Below, piece after piece: positions 1 through 15,333 of a stretch of DNA of 64,000 nt. The translations under genes and the position numbers were made by a program. Source of the DNA: Octopus vulgaris (taxonomy: Eukaryota). The notes under the pieces were generated by a model. It made no database searches and had not been told where the DNA came from. It worked only from the letters and a program-made list of their open reading frames with translations. The stretch spans positions 103,292,001 to 103,356,000 of the forward strand of contig OX597815.1 of assembly GCA_951406725.2 (NCBI GenBank), read 5' to 3'. How positions within the stretch are numbered: position 1 is the stretch's first letter; the number at the start of each line of letters is the position of its first letter.

Positions 1-1027
1 TAACCAGGACATGTTGGTAGTTCTGAAAACTATAATATACCGCTTGTGTGTGTGTGTGTGTGTATGTGTGTGTTTGTGTGTGTATGCGTGTATATATATG
101 CGTGTATAAGTGCATCTATACATATGCACAGACACGTATGCGTTTAGACATATACACAGATACGTATGCATGTGTGTATGTATATGCGTGTGTGTGTGTG
201 TGTGAAGAGAGAGAGAATGAGAGAAAGAAAATGAGAGACATATAAATAAGTGTATATGCGTATATACACACACAGCTATGCGTAGTAGAAATGAAACCAC
301 AAAATGAAACTCTGGAATGCAAAATAAAAAGAGAAAGACTACCAGCAAAATCTATCTCTGTTTAGTTCCTGCAACATAACAAGAGTTGTAGTGGATAAAG
401 TATCTTAGACACCATTAAAAGGAGTTTTCATTCCTTGCAGGAATTTTATTTTTTATCACAGTTCTGTTCCAATAATACTGACGTGAGGGTTAAATTATAA
501 CATAAACCAGCATTGAATGGTAAAACGGAAATATATAATGTCCAATCGTAAATGGCCTAAACACCTTTCTTTCACTTGCGTTTCCGAACCACAGTGGAAG
601 GTCGTCTAAATAATTCGTCTTCAGTGAAATTAAGTTTTTGTGAGACATTTCACTGATTATATGCCCACCAAACAACAACATTGTACGAGAGACCTTTATT
701 TTGTAGTTGGATAATATTTCATTCGAAAGAGATACCTAAACTGCTTTCAAGGCGAGTCTGTTTTACATCAACGTCAAATAAAACGGGAATTTTAGACTCT
801 TGCAACCAAAATAGTAAGTTAGACTACGTAATTCTAGCATTTAAATCGATGTTTTGTAGATTAAACGAATAACTTGATTGATTTATATTTTCCTGCATAC
901 AGCAAGAGACTTCAAGGTTGTGAACTTCTTCATTTTCAACATAATCTGTAAACTTTTAGTAGTCGAACTGTTCAGCTTGAATATATGATTTATACTTATA
1001 TTCACATATCTCGATATTCTTTTATCC

Positions 1028-1091
1028 ATGTGTGTATGTATGTAATTACTTATGACTATATATATATATATATATATATGTATATACACAC

Positions 1092-1123
<32 letters not shown>

Positions 1124-1235
1124 ATATATACATACTTACACATATACATATATATACATATATATACATATATACATACATACTTACACACATATATATA
1201 TGTATATATATATATTTACATGTATATATATATAT
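1028..1235. repeat. Compound (TA)n/(TACA)n microsatellite
   Basis: Directly visible dinucleotide tract; source of spurious IYIYIY ORFs. Confidence 0.95.
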
Positions 1236-1606
1236 AGTACAACAGTTGCAGTTTCTCATTCTACCTGACATTGGGCGTATTGTTGTGACGTTAAACTAAT
1301 TATGATTGAATTCACTATTTCGAAGAATAAAGAAAATTCCTTGAATATCTGTTTAACGCTTTTAATTTCATTGAAGCATTTTGAAACCTGCTACAGTATA
1401 AACCGCATTATACTGTCTCCTTCAAAAGAAATACAGTAGCATTTGACGAATTACCGGGCCGTGTTTTTCCAGAGGAGATCTGTGAAAATTTCACTGGGTC
1501 AAACCTATTAATGCTGTTTCAATTATCAATGCAGGGATATTTTCATTTGAAAGCACTTTAACATACTTAGTGTGATCTTTAACTTAAGTTATCAGTTGGG
1601 TGTATG

Positions 1607-1664
<58 letters not shown>

Positions 1665-2598
1665 TACATGCGTGTGTGTGTAATGTATTCATGAATAATA
1701 TCGAAAATACCCAGAGCTGTCTTATATAGATATCATTACCTCCGCATATCATGAATAATTAAACGGCCGCCAGAGATTAAAACATATTTTATCGTGCACA
1801 ATAGATATAATTAAAATAAAGGCAATATACTTTTCTTGGTCTATTTTAAGATATGTAATTTAATGAAGATCCATTGGCGATAGGTTATTTGGAACTTAAG
1901 TACAACAATTTTATTTGGCTATTTAAATTATATTCCTAAAATCGTTTCAGTAAAGTGTTTTATTTTCTTTCCCATAAACCTGAAATTAACTTCCGTACAT
2001 AGATTTGATCATTAAATTGTATTTTCAATTAAGAAAACTTATCTCTATCATTATGGAGTATATTAGCTAATTATACTGAATTTATATGTTTGAATCTTCA
2101 TCGTAGCAAAATGTAGGTTAAGTGATTTAAAGAACTGATTAATTATCCAAAATGCAACACAGTAGTATTGCATTCCCAGAAGTCATAAGTAGTTTGATTG
2201 AAAATCAATTGGGAAAGGCTACTAATAATTTAGTTCCTCTTTCTTTTAAATTATATCTTTTGTCAGTTTCTTCCAATTTGCCATTCCAAAAATTTTATTT
2301 TTGAATTCTAAATCTCATGCTTGGTTGTGATATTATTTTATTTAAGAGGCTGTCGCTATATTTTCAAAATAACTTCCAGTTATTTAGCAATGTGCATATT
2401 TAAAATATAAGCGTTATTAATAATTTAGTTAACAGTAGAAGTAGAATTTATGAAATAAATAAAATTAATCTAGTTTAAAGCATTTGGTAACGCAATACTT
2501 ACTGTTATTGCCAAATGAGCAGAAGCATACATGGAAGGGAAGTGTGTATGCTTGTGTGAATGTTGATGAATGTATATGTGGTTTTATGCGCGTTGTGG

Positions 2599-2647
<49 letters not shown>

Positions 2648-3577
2648 TGTGATATCCGTGAAAGAATATCAAGAGGGATGAAACATGATTTGAAAATGAG
2701 AAGTTGACGTGCGATTTTATCTTGCTAGCTTGCTACTCCGAACAGGAGTAGCAATATAGCAACACAAATGAATTCATATTAAAAACCTAATCTTTGCTGA
2801 ATTCGGTCTTTCTCTTGTTATTGGAAACGGAACATTAAAAAGCAATGTTATCTTTGTTGTTATTGCTGTTGTTTAGGCGCGCCTGAGCACTGTTAGCATA
2901 TCTAGGATCAATGTCTTCCAGCGGCAGCCACAGTTTCCTTTTTGTACATTTATCGCTACATTACACTTTGCGTTCAGTTTGATGTCGTTCCCAGGACTGA
3001 AAGAAGTTCACGCCTTTAAAATTGACGAAGCAGGTTGCCTCTTTGCAGTTCTTTTGTAAATTCTCCTGGGTCCCACATATTTTTCATTACATTAAACAGT
3101 GTATGCACTGATGTTTCCTACTCCGATTGCTTTTCTTTACAACTTCACTACGGCTAAAACTTGATATCTGCTTTTCTTGAAATATTTGATTACTTAGCAT
3201 ATATACCTTTTTTTTATGTTTCAAAGATTCCTTATATATTTCGGAAGTCAAGTGAATGAATATTAAAATACATAGGTAGAGGTTGATTTAGAGAATTTGA
3301 GTGGTTTGGTACAGTCTATCTATTGTTTCTGTTAATGAGTTAGAATTTATCTATGTTTACTTCTAATATTTTGCTATATATACTCTAGATATAATCCCAT
3401 CTACTTTCTATGCCAGGAAATCGTTTTAGTAAACGCTGACACTGCTGGTTTTACTTATTTACGTGCTGATGTGTCTTTTAAGCATTATGCTGTATGAGAA
3501 GTTTATCAAAATCAATCTATTATTTAATCAGTTACGGTGCACATAGGGCATTGCTTTCTATCAGGGGTGCAGAGGCT

Positions 3578-3615
<38 letters not shown>

Positions 3616-6507
3616 TATGTATATACGGAATGGGATATCCCTTACCTAATATATTATACTGAATTGACCCCAAAATGTTATTGATAGTTATTTTATTGAT
3701 TATGTGCGATAATAGCGAGCGGTAATGAAGTAAAACTTTAAAAAAACATAACTAAGTACAGTCAAGACTTTAAACATGGGTTTGTATCATTTCTATCATT
3801 CCATGTCCCTTCACATATAGTAAATATTGAAATATATTAAATATATTGTCTACCGCTTTACATTACTCTAATATTGATAATGAAGGGGATATAAAATCAG
3901 TACAAGACATAGCTGGCTGCGATCATTTCATATATGTTACATATTTATGTACTTATGCTTACACAGAGAAATTCAATATAGTTAATACATTTGTGATAGA
4001 AAGTATGTATATAGTCAACATTAGAATCTTTCATTTGTAATATTGCTCGCATACAAACAACATTGCTTTCCATCTGAGGAACAGAAGTAAATACCAAATA
4101 ACTTAGAATCACTTAGGCTCCAAACGATTACGAGTTGGACAAAGTGAAATACACTTGAGTGCTTTTATGCTATTGGTATTTCAGTGAAAACTACAAGTAC
4201 ATATTTTTAAAATACGCCAATTTCATAGACGAATTTCTTTGTAAAAATAATAACCATGGCTAAAAATATTAACTTTACTGATGCCAAATTCCCGAGCAGT
4301 TATATAACTGTAACTAAATTAAGTAGATAAGAAAAAAAATAGTTTGAATAAAAATGTAAATCTATAAGTTCGAAATATTTTTGCGAAAGTGAATTGGCTT
4401 TTTTTTCCACGTTTCATGATTTGAAAGTTAAACAAATAACGTATGTAATGATTTATCTGAACGTTATAGAAGAAGCATATTTTAAAATAAATTTACGTTC
4501 GTTTTCTTGAATGACAACTGTTTTACAATCAACTTATATTGGAGAAGTTAAGGCAAAAATAATTTCTGAACTGAATGTGAAATTTTGCAAATGGGATATA
4601 ACAAGGTGAATTACTACTACTCAACATAGTGTATTTATTCCGTAGAAACCCAATTATAAATGATAAAATACATTTATTATTCTGAAATGTCACTGTCTTA
4701 CAGATATTTCTAGTATTCTACCAACGTTTTTGTATTGTCTTCACAACAGTGATATAGACGCAGCATGTACATCACAGCGACGAAGCCTATACCTGGTCGA
4801 TAGTTCCGCTACGATCAACAAAAAATCTTCTTTCATTTCGTACCCAAACATCTTAAGAACTGGAATGACACATTTGATGATAAGATCTTAGGTACATTTT
4901 CCTTTGAAGCAAAAAATGGTATGGCATTCCGTGGAATGTTACTTTTTTTTTCATCATATGTCGTGTTCCTGTTCATCTGGCAGTAATATTAGATAAATGA
5001 TTCATAAATATATCTAAATAATTTCATTTTGTTCCACAGTGTTTTGGTGGTCATTTATATTCATTTTTAATGTAATTTTGAATAAAATTAATTGTACAAG
5101 CTAGCAGAGGTCTTGCAGAGTCAAATGATTTCCACCATGTAACCGGTATTCAAGTTTGTATAATCAAGTTTTTCTTTATTCGTCTCTATTTCTCTGTAGT
5201 ATGTGTAAACTAATAAGATTCAGAATATGATTACCCATTTAATGAAAGAATTCACCGGTAGTGCAGACGAAATAATTTCTCTTAGTGAGGGTAGTAAATA
5301 AAGTACAACAGATAATGTACGTTGCAGTATTTGGTTAGGCACATTTGCTTTCGGAGTTTTAGGACAGTGATACCGATATAAGCAGCAACGGAGAAAAATG
5401 CTTTATTTAATGGATTGCTTCTTTCTCAAAATACCTAATTTCACGCCTATGAATACCTTCACAATATTATGATACAGCTATAAGTACCGTAAAATAGTCG
5501 TGGACAATCAACTACCCATTCAAAATTGGGTAGAAAAACAGTAAACAATAGAGAGTTGATTTCATATAAGTTATGAAAATGCAGTGATTTGAATATTTGT
5601 TGTAATAATTAAGAATAAAAACAAAGTTGTATAGGATATGTGATAAACTTCTATATGACACACAATCTCAGCAATTTTCGTAATATATTTGGAGACAAAA
5701 AGTCGGGAGGAAGCCTACCAGGAATAAAAAAAGGAAACAGCAGATAAAGCATCCGCTTCTATGAAGTGATCGATGAATTGTGACCTCTCTCTCCCTTATA
5801 GACAAAATATCTTTACAATTTTTGCTAACCTACACTAATTCCAAACAAAAGAAATGAACATTTTACTTAACGCATGCCCAATGTTCCCCACCTCAAAATG
5901 GAATGTAGCACCGCCTTATAGATTATGACTGACATTACACGTGGATGATAACGTTATTATTTGAAAGCACATCGAACGCAATTGAAAACGTTATTAATCA
6001 TTTCATCTCAAAATGATGAGGTAAATACTCGACAAAAGAAAGATAGAGGAAAACTATGATCAGTATTTCTCATTAGCTTGATTAACTTCTTCGTAAAATA
6101 TATAATACTCTCTACATATAAGTAACAGAAAAATTTATTCATCAAATTTATTATATATACATACACTCACGCACATGCACACACACACACACACATATAA
6201 GTGAAGGCGTGTGAATACGTATAATCTGTAGATGGTCAAATTCTATAGTAATATGTTTTCCTGCATATATATCTATTACACTGGACATATAGGTAGGATA
6301 TGAGCATAGGAATATATAATAAAGAAAGTGAAAGAAACGGTGAAATGATTAGCAGAGAGCTACACAAGTAAGTACACACGCACACACACACACATAATAT
6401 AGCTAATTACACACAAGTAGTTAAATAGTAAATACGTGGGTCAATCGATATTGAGATCGATATATTGATGTTTTTTTTATATATGCAAATATATATGTAT
6501 TTGCATA

Positions 6508-6540
<33 letters not shown>

Positions 6541-6771
6541 GTATCTTGCATGTATGTGTGTTTTAAAGGTACAGAGAGAGAAAGATAGAAAGTTAGATGT
6601 AAAGATAGATGGATAGATTGTTACAGACATATATACATGCACGTTTAATGAGATATGTACATAGCTTTATATATAAATATGCACATGCATGTATACGCAC
6701 TCGTGCATACACATATCTATCTATATATGCACACATATAAAAGTATATATACACGCACAAATATATATATA

Positions 6772-6826
<55 letters not shown>

Positions 6827-6975
6827 ACATACATAAAATGAACAAACGCAGAAAACTTTAGTTGGTTTCCTTCGTGAGAGCAGGGAATTACAAGACCACA
6901 ACGAAAAAAGAAGGTAATATAGAATTATACTTGCTTAATTTACACAATCAATACACAATCTTTAGTTCAACTAAC

Positions 6976-7154
6976 ACTATGTAATTGCTGTCTCAATACC
7001 AGTCTGCACAAAATAAACAGCCGAAGAAAATAGCAATTAGCGCAAAGAATGAAGTTATAGTGTGTAAGGTCTTCTTTGAACAATGCAGCACAGAGTGGCG
7101 TGAGCAGAGAAGCAGTTTCACCTCCATCTAAGCTTTGTTTATTTTCTGAAACCA
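6976..7154 (-). CDS. Candidate host exon (unknown gene)
   Basis: Minus strand has a polypyrimidine acceptor ttttgtttttatttttaag|TGG and a donor AGT|gttagt. One frame is open throughout (VSENKQSLDGGETASLLTPLCAALFKEDLTHYNF...); another gives MEVKLLLC...TITSFFALIAIFFGCLFCAD (hydrophobic). Non-repetitive, no recognisable TE motif. Confidence 0.3.
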
Positions 7155-7595
7155 CTTAAAAATAAAAACAAAAATGAAAACAATTTTCGTGTCACTGTGT
7201 CTCTGTCAAACTTAATGAATGGACCGTAGTGCTTGTCCGTCCTTACGTTTGTGCATGTAAGTGGTTATCTGTATAAATACATATACATTTACATGTATGT
7301 ATATGTGTGTTTGTGTGTGTGTGTGAATATATATACTCACACGCACGCACAAATATAGGTCCGTAGGCATCTTTGAAAACGTTCATGTATGTATGCGTGT
7401 GTAAGTGTGTCTGTGTCTCTGTGTTTGTGTTTGCGTATATGTGTGTAAATGTACGGTATTATTTACAAATATGTTTACTTTACAAGTTACGCTACCCGTG
7501 TACAAAAAAAAATTCAGATGTGTTCATATGTACATGTGCATGTTACCTGTATATGCATATACACACCTACATATACATGTACATAGATGTATACA

Positions 7596-7664
<69 letters not shown>

Positions 7665-7873
7665 ACATACACACACATATATGTATACACAGACGCACTA
7701 TATGAGCCTGTCTCTGTTTGAACGCCTATGTAATCACTTCCAGAATTCAGCTTACCTACATAACCACAATGTCATACCTAAAGTTACACTAACAAACACT
7801 CACACATACATACGCACGAACAAATACACATACACATAAACACATACACAAACGCATAAACACGCGCACATAT

Positions 7874-7913
<40 letters not shown>

Positions 7914-9768
7914 GCGCACGCACGTACAACACACACACAAGCACACACACAAATAGTGTAAAAAGACCATTAGCGATTTAATAATCAATAAATTGTTGCC
8001 AATCCCGTAATTTCTGCTGATTAATTCAAGAAAAAAAATTACTTCCTGATAAGTGCAGTACAGTACATTAAGAATGATCTGGTAAAATGTTTTTGATCCT
8101 CCCCACTTCACAGCAGAATACTTGCTCCTTTAAATTATTGTATATTCGGTACAACTGCTTTACATCATCTACGTACCTGCATTTTTCATCATGTTTATAT
8201 AATTTTAGCTGACATATATTTAGCAAAATACTATATTTCCATGACATATTTATAAATATGTATAACCTATAAACTATCTCTCTTGAATAGCGCAGAGCCC
8301 TGTACATAATCATAGGAAGAAATTAGATATAGCAAACAATTCTCAATAAAATTATAAAAAAGATGATGGATGGCTATTGCTAAATTATTTGTTGTCATGG
8401 GACAGATTAATCAACCTTACGATCAAAAGCAATAAACCCCATTGATATATACCTACAACAGAAGTAGAACTATCTGTTGTAGAAAGGTAGAAAGTGTTAT
8501 ATTTCAGAAAGATATTTTTCCCCTATAAAATATTTCCCCTTGTATTCCCGCAATACTCTATCGCCAAAAAGCTTTTGCTCTCGGAGAAGATTACCAACAG
8601 AATTGTTTACAGACATCATCTAAAGTATTTCGGCATCCATTATTATTTACATATAGAAATCTCCGTCGCTTACAATTGTTTCATGCTTTTGACTTCACCC
8701 TCACCTGTTTGCTCGACATTACTCGACATTTTTAAGTTGCTCGAATATGTTAATTTTATATGCACTCATATTAGCAGACATAAGAATCAAAGTTAATATT
8801 TCGCCCATACCATACTTTTGCTTGCCTATTCTTACAATACTCTAAATACGCCGTAGATCGTATAAAGGAATGAAAAAATGACAAGAAAAAGAAACAAAAG
8901 AAAATATGCCACATTTCAATTGAAGTACTTTTCTTCCATTCCCTCTACTGGTCGACAACTTAATTAGGCTGTGATAAGCTATAATTAATCAAGATAAATA
9001 TGCATTTGATACAAGGCTTCGTTTTTGAAACACAAAAATATGTAGCTCTGACCAAACAGTAGCACAGAAGACAGAATTCAACTCAACCCAGGTATTAAAC
9101 TGAAAATAACTTCTAAATCCATGATTTTGTAATCATCGGGGTATAAAGGTGACTCTGCGTAAATTTAGATAAGTTGATATGTCGTGTGAGGAAACAAATA
9201 TAAATTAGCAGTGCTTGCAGAAAATTCCGAGACTAGCTTTAAAATTCTACAATAGATGCAATTTTATTGAGAAAGTTAATGTTACTATTTTCACAGACCC
9301 GTGGATGCACGATAATTTTCCCGTATTCTTATGAATAATGAGATGTCACATGCCATACTTTCGAACACATTCACCCAGATATATCCACATATTTTATTAC
9401 CTCCACATCCATATATCAACGTTATACTGTAGCACGGACTCATGGATAAACACCACGTCTACAATGAATAAAACTTGGCTTGAGAATGAAATGAACATTC
9501 TCATAAATGTATGGTTTTATCTTTCCCAAACCGTAAACATAGACGCTTCATGTCTGAATCATATTTCCAAAAGAATATTCAAACTTTTCAATACCGCAGG
9601 GGAACAATTTTGAACGTAATTTTTTTTCCTTTTTTCCCCCATTGACTTAGTCTTAACTTGGCATGCTAATATTTTATTTTGTACAACTCCCTCTCTAAAT
9701 AAGCACAATTGTATTCTTTGTCCGTATGTAATAGGGCTGGTCAACTACTTTCAGTATTTTATTAATAA

Positions 9769-11350
9769 CACTAGGGGACATTTTCGCAAAAATTCTTAGT
9801 TGTCTTGTTTTTTACAATACGTCTGTCTAAATTGGTTGTGCTAAGTTTAGAAACGCCCTCATACAATTTCTATCACAATAAGTATTTTTGTTAAACAGGA
9901 ATTCAATTTTTACCAAACAATAATAAAATAAATTTTGCCATTAAATGCAATACTGAAATAAGAAGTTAACACCACCAAATGGTATTTTTTATTGTTTAAC
10001 AAATATAATACACAAAATGTTCAATTACACATCTTAGGATAGATTCGCATCACAACAGCCTCTTTGCAGAGACCAGCAGTAGTCAGTCATCATGTTTGTG
10101 TTGGCCCACCTACTTTGATTATTAGTCTCATGATCTCGATGTCTTTATGGAATCTTTCTCATTGCTCATCACTTATTGCACTATGCATTTCAGATGACTA
10201 TGCAGGAAATGTTGCAGCCCATCTCCGCTCACATAGTTTCGAGTTACTAACTTACAACACCAGAAGTTGAGAACGGATCTACTGTTTAAATAAAATGCAT
10301 CAAACTTGAGCAACTTACACTTATTTTCAAGCGAACCAGTTTTAAATGTCATGATCATGACGAATGTTCTTTAATGAAATATCAAATCTATGTGGCTCTT
10401 TGCATCATATATGTCTGTCTCATATTTGTGACATTTGACTGCAGACATGCCTACGTGGTACTTGATTTCGTGTGACCACCATTGCAATCAACGTAAGACA
10501 TGCTTTCTTGAACCGTTTACTATTTCTTATGAACACTGATATTTTTAACGCACCCTTGTGAATAAAGCACACCTTACTTACTTTTGCGTGAAACTGGGTG
10601 GTCAAAACAAAGCCATTGACTTCTGTTTTTTTTTCTAGTCATGTTTTCTTGAACTCGTGGAAGTTATATTACCTCGTTACAGATACATAAAATCACATCT
10701 CAAAAGATATACTTCCGCAATCCATTAGTAGAATTTAATTGAAACCTCATTGACGTAAGTGGAAATGTCCATTATATTACACTTCTCTGAAGACATTTCT
10801 CATGTGTTTAATCTCTGACAAAAATTGTTTATCTTCTATTACGACGTTTTATTTAAGCTAAACCAATGGAAAGATTGACCAGCGAAAAATATATAGAATG
10901 TTCTTTTTCTTATTAAATATATGAATATGAATAATAACTTATACTTTTAGAGCCTTCATATGAAACCTTCAGCCAAATGCCAATAAAAAGAACGGATATT
11001 CTTATTTGGGAAAGGAAAGAAAAATCAATTACAGTCATAGAATTCAAATGCCCTCCAAATACGAATATCTCTACTTTCAAAACTAGGATAAGTTCTTCTA
11101 AATGTGTTGCTTTTCTGATAAATGTACATTGACGCAAAAAAATCATGCGGGCTCTTTGGTTGACAGTCTAGAAATATTTGGTTGACAGTCTAGAAAAACC
11201 AGGATATTGTAGTTAAAATAGCGCTCATTAGAACGCACTTCACAAATCCAATATGTGTGCAGAACGGTAAAGATATGCAAGACACTTTGAAACGTATTAC
11301 ATTTGTCGTTTTGATTATCCGAATTCTAGTGATAGAGCTCTAATTATTTT
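9769..11350 (-). mobile_element. Decayed CMC-Chapaev3 DNA transposon (transposase pseudogene with one terminus)
   Basis: Minus-strand translation of 10061-10220 gives QHFLHSHL / AISDEQ*ERFHKDIEIM / QSRWANTNMMTDYCWSLQR, matching the Chapaev3 C-terminal HFLHSHL..SDEQGERFHQDI..YCWSL motif. Weaker upstream remnants (FCTHIGF, LQYP, WRAF, LKVSYE, HAK..AL) lie in the expected order. Terminus cactaggggaca at 9769 is preceded by TAA. Confidence 0.8.
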
Positions 11351-11531
11351 TTGGACCTTTGCAGAAGTTTATCATTTAAGCATATATGAGCATGTCTACA
11401 TACATAACACGAAACATATAAATCTGCATGTATACATCCATCCACCCATCCTTACATATATATATATATATATATATATGTGTATACATATACACACATA
11501 CATATACATATATATACACACATACTTATAC

Positions 11532-11578
<47 letters not shown>

Positions 11579-11604
11579 TGTATGTAGGTATGCATATGTA
11601 TACA

Positions 11605-11725
11605 TACGACAGTGTTTTTTCAGTTTCCCTCTACCAAATCGACTCACAATATTTCGATCGGCGCAAGGGTGTAATATTGGGACTGACATGGAACCATGTG
11701 GTTCAAGAGCAACTCTTTACCATAC
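11605..11725 (-). mobile_element. tRNA-derived SINE family A, degenerate 5' part
   Basis: Reverse complement ...aaccacatggttccatgtcagtccc...gatttggtagagggaaactgaaa matches the copies at 18603 and 38455. Confidence 0.75.
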
Positions 11726-12518
11726 ACACACACACATGCATGCGTTTGTGCGCGTTTGTAGATATGCATATAAATTTGCTATGGCTGCATGTCTACGCTA
11801 TCATGTTCACCCCCACGCAAGTGTGATTAAAGAAATTTGTCGCGTGTGTATATCAAGCCTTTTAGCATGTGATTGACCTAATGGAACTCTGGTGAATGCA
11901 TCACCAAGGTATTTGTTTATTCTGCGTGTATGTGTGTGTGGTTGAGTGTATGTATGTATGTGTGTGTGAGTGTTTGAGTGTATGTATGTGTTTAAAAAAC
12001 ATACATTTATGGAGTATACAAATATTGTATTCTAATATATAAAAGTAAACTTTTAAAAAAAGAACCTCTTTTTTTTGTTTATCTCAAGTATACCTGATTC
12101 TATATTGCCAATTATATTGTCATCCATCTATACAATTTTCTCAATACTTTTATTAAGGTTTCAGAATATAAACCATTTGCTGCACAATGCTTATCAAGAA
12201 ATACAAGTCAAGGAATTTGAAGGAATTCAGAGACAAGTAAACCCTAATTATTTGTAAACATTATATCCATAGCAACCGAAATATCGTGACAAATGCCACA
12301 CGTATGTTCTTACACAGTACATGTTTTATACACTCAACTGAAAAAAGAAAAGTTAGAAATTTCAGCATAATTAATGTTATTTTGAAAGAATTTTCAACAT
12401 TATCGTCAATTTTAGACCTACTTCGGACAAACTGAAAACTTTTCGCACACATGAATGCATTTATTCCTGTACATCTTTCTATCTATCTATATATCACGCT
12501 ATTTTCACATATACATAC

Positions 12519-12556
<38 letters not shown>

Positions 12557-12563
12557 CTTTCTT

Positions 12564-12810
12564 TAGACCCCCTTCGGTCAGGCACTGACCATGGGTTTGC
12601 ACCTAGAGAGATACCCTCTGAGGCACAAGTCTGGGCAAGGTTGTTTTATGGAAGACCAGCAGTCGCCCATGCATACCGGCCTCCCCTCTCCACGTCACCG
12701 ATGTTGTCCAAGGGAAAGGCAAGGGCCGATACAGCTTGGCACCTGTGACGTCGCAACTCATTTCTACAGCTGAGTGAACTGGAGCAACGTGAAATAAAGT
12801 GCCTTGCTCA
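12564..12810 (-). mobile_element. SINE body/3' part (family C)
   Basis: GC-richer block between TA tracts; reverse complement tgagcaaggcactttatttcacgttgctccagttcactcagctgtagaaatgag resembles the central domain of invertebrate tRNA-SINEs. Confidence 0.7.
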
Positions 12811-13278
12811 TATACACATACATATATATGTGAGTGTGGTTACCTATACCTACATATAATTGAACATTTTTTACTTGATTAAGGTTTGCTCTACATTGGT
12901 CTTAAGCAGATGTTCATGTTGTGCAAGATATCCCAAATAATACTTGAGAATATAAACTACGCTCTATATAAAAGCATAGTGTGGTATTTGTCAGGATATT
13001 TTGCTTGCTGTGGATAAAATGTTTTTATGTCTATGAATAATTAAGGATTATTGTCTGAGTATAACTTTGAATACTTCCATTTGCATTTCTACGTAAGTTC
13101 TATGCAGTAAATGTATTGTATTCTGAAGCCATCTTAATAAAAGCATTGACACAATGGTATAGATGCATGAACGCATTTTTGAAAATATACAATCAGATTA
13201 TTTGCGTTAGACAAATGTGTTTTTATATGTAATTTTGCATGTATATAGTAGATAATAATTTGGTATTTATCTTATTTT

Positions 13279-13323
<45 letters not shown>

Positions 13324-14626
13324 CTTACATGTGTGTGTGTGTAACAAAAAAGGAAAATGGAATATTTGGGTATTATTTATTCTCCATTACACGTGTTTCA
13401 TTTGCTAATAGGAATAACAGAGATTTACATGTTATATAGTCATGTTATATAGTCATATTAGAAAATCGTCAGAGACAATATTTATAAAATGTTTCTCTAC
13501 CTGGTCAATATCTCAAAGGAAATTTCTTGCATGTCTATATAGCATGTAAATCTTAGCAAATGAAACACGTGCAATGGAGAACAGATAGTACAAAAATATT
13601 GCCTTTAATATTTCCATAATTCTCAATTTTAATACGTATTTTGATTAGCATAGAGCAGTATCTATGAATAAATATTTGATTGAAGTAATGGAATAAGGAT
13701 ATGTACCTCAAACGAAAATAGCTGTGATTTACCCCCTAAACAAATATAAATATACCTATTTACTTACATACATACACACATACACACATAGATAGATAGA
13801 TAAATAGATAGAAACATGTATACATACATATATACATACATACATACATACATACATACATACATACATACATACATACATACATACATACATACATAGA
13901 AAGAGAGAGAGATAAATTGCTAGCAAGGAGATAGTATTTCATTTGCCAGCCATAATTTACTGCCAAGTGTATTAAACATTTTTTCAAGTCAATGTTGTGC
14001 CTTATTTTTGTATTAGTAACGTGATGTTCTCATTTTCATTTTATTCCTACAAGTTTTCTGTTGTTACATGAATGAAATTGGTAGCAATTGATATCTGCGT
14101 ACCAGCTACCAGGAATGCATTTAATATGCGCGGAGCACAGACAGGATGATGTTATATAGTGTGTATGCCGGAAGCGGTTTTCAAGATTTTGATCAGGAAA
14201 TATTTTTGTTGAAGACACACCATACTTTGCTTACCCAACAGAGATAACGGCGGCACCGACTCACGCTACAGAATCAAGGTGATCGCAGATATTCCTGAAA
14301 CATCCAAACCGCATGTTGAAAACCATCTACATCACTTTAGTTACATCATCTACATCAATTTGAGTCCCACATCAATTGAATATGTGTGTGATAGTGTGTG
14401 TGTGTGTATTCCTGGAGGTGACGACTTCAAAAAACAAAACGTAGGCCTGGACATTTAGAAGAAAGAACTCAAATATGAGCCAGGCAGTGAATAAATATTT
14501 AATCCAGAATCATCAGTTTGACACAATGTATTTTGTGTAGACTATCTTTCTGTGGATTCTAATAAAAAATCTTTTAAAATACCTGATATATGAAATAAAT
14601 TTGGCCAGAAGATAACAAGGAAAATT

Positions 14627-14680
<54 letters not shown>

Positions 14681-15220
14681 TATGAGGGAATATTATTCCA
14701 AACTTACAGGGAAAAGATCAATTTAGAAATACCAAATATATACGTTTCATTTATTATCTTGCACATTACTTAATCATAGTTATATTTTTTATCTTATATT
14801 TAATCTTTCTAATATATTTTATTTTCTACATGGCGTAATTTAATTTTATATTTTGAATTGATAAAAGGTGTTTTTTTTTCTAATTTATATATTATTATTT
14901 TAAAGTTTATTTTAAAGTGGTTTTTCTTTTTCATGCAATTTACACATGCTTGCACGCGTGGTGAATACAGTTCATGTCAAACAGTTGACTGAGTAAAGTT
15001 CACTATTCAATGCATGGGATAAGGCCTAAACAAACACCTTATCGATTTTTGCACTTGAGAGATGAATTTCGGAACAGAAATAGCGCAGTTCAATTTTCAT
15101 TCGCCTAAACTTTAAGTGACACATTTTTAGTGGTTCTACGATTTGTTGGCTAGGAGATGTGCCGGGAAGTTAAACACAGAGACACACACACACAGATACA
15201 CACACAGACACACAAGTTGA

Positions 15221-15289
<69 letters not shown>

Positions 15290-15333
15290 GTATATATATA
15301 TATATATAAACTTAATTGAAAATAGATGCGTGC

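Noticed and set aside
10420-10605. hAT CxxH motif (VCFIHKGAL)
   Set aside because: The downstream motif is clearly Chapaev3, and this segment fits the decayed LHIKLG..FVKAL position
11154-11197. Short tandem duplications (also about 13428, 30658, 31003, 52225)
   Set aside because: Ordinary slippage duplications with no sign of function
14070-14340. Tc1-like transposase remnant (LLTQQR*RRHRL)
   Set aside because: Single weak motif, no TIR or DDE seen
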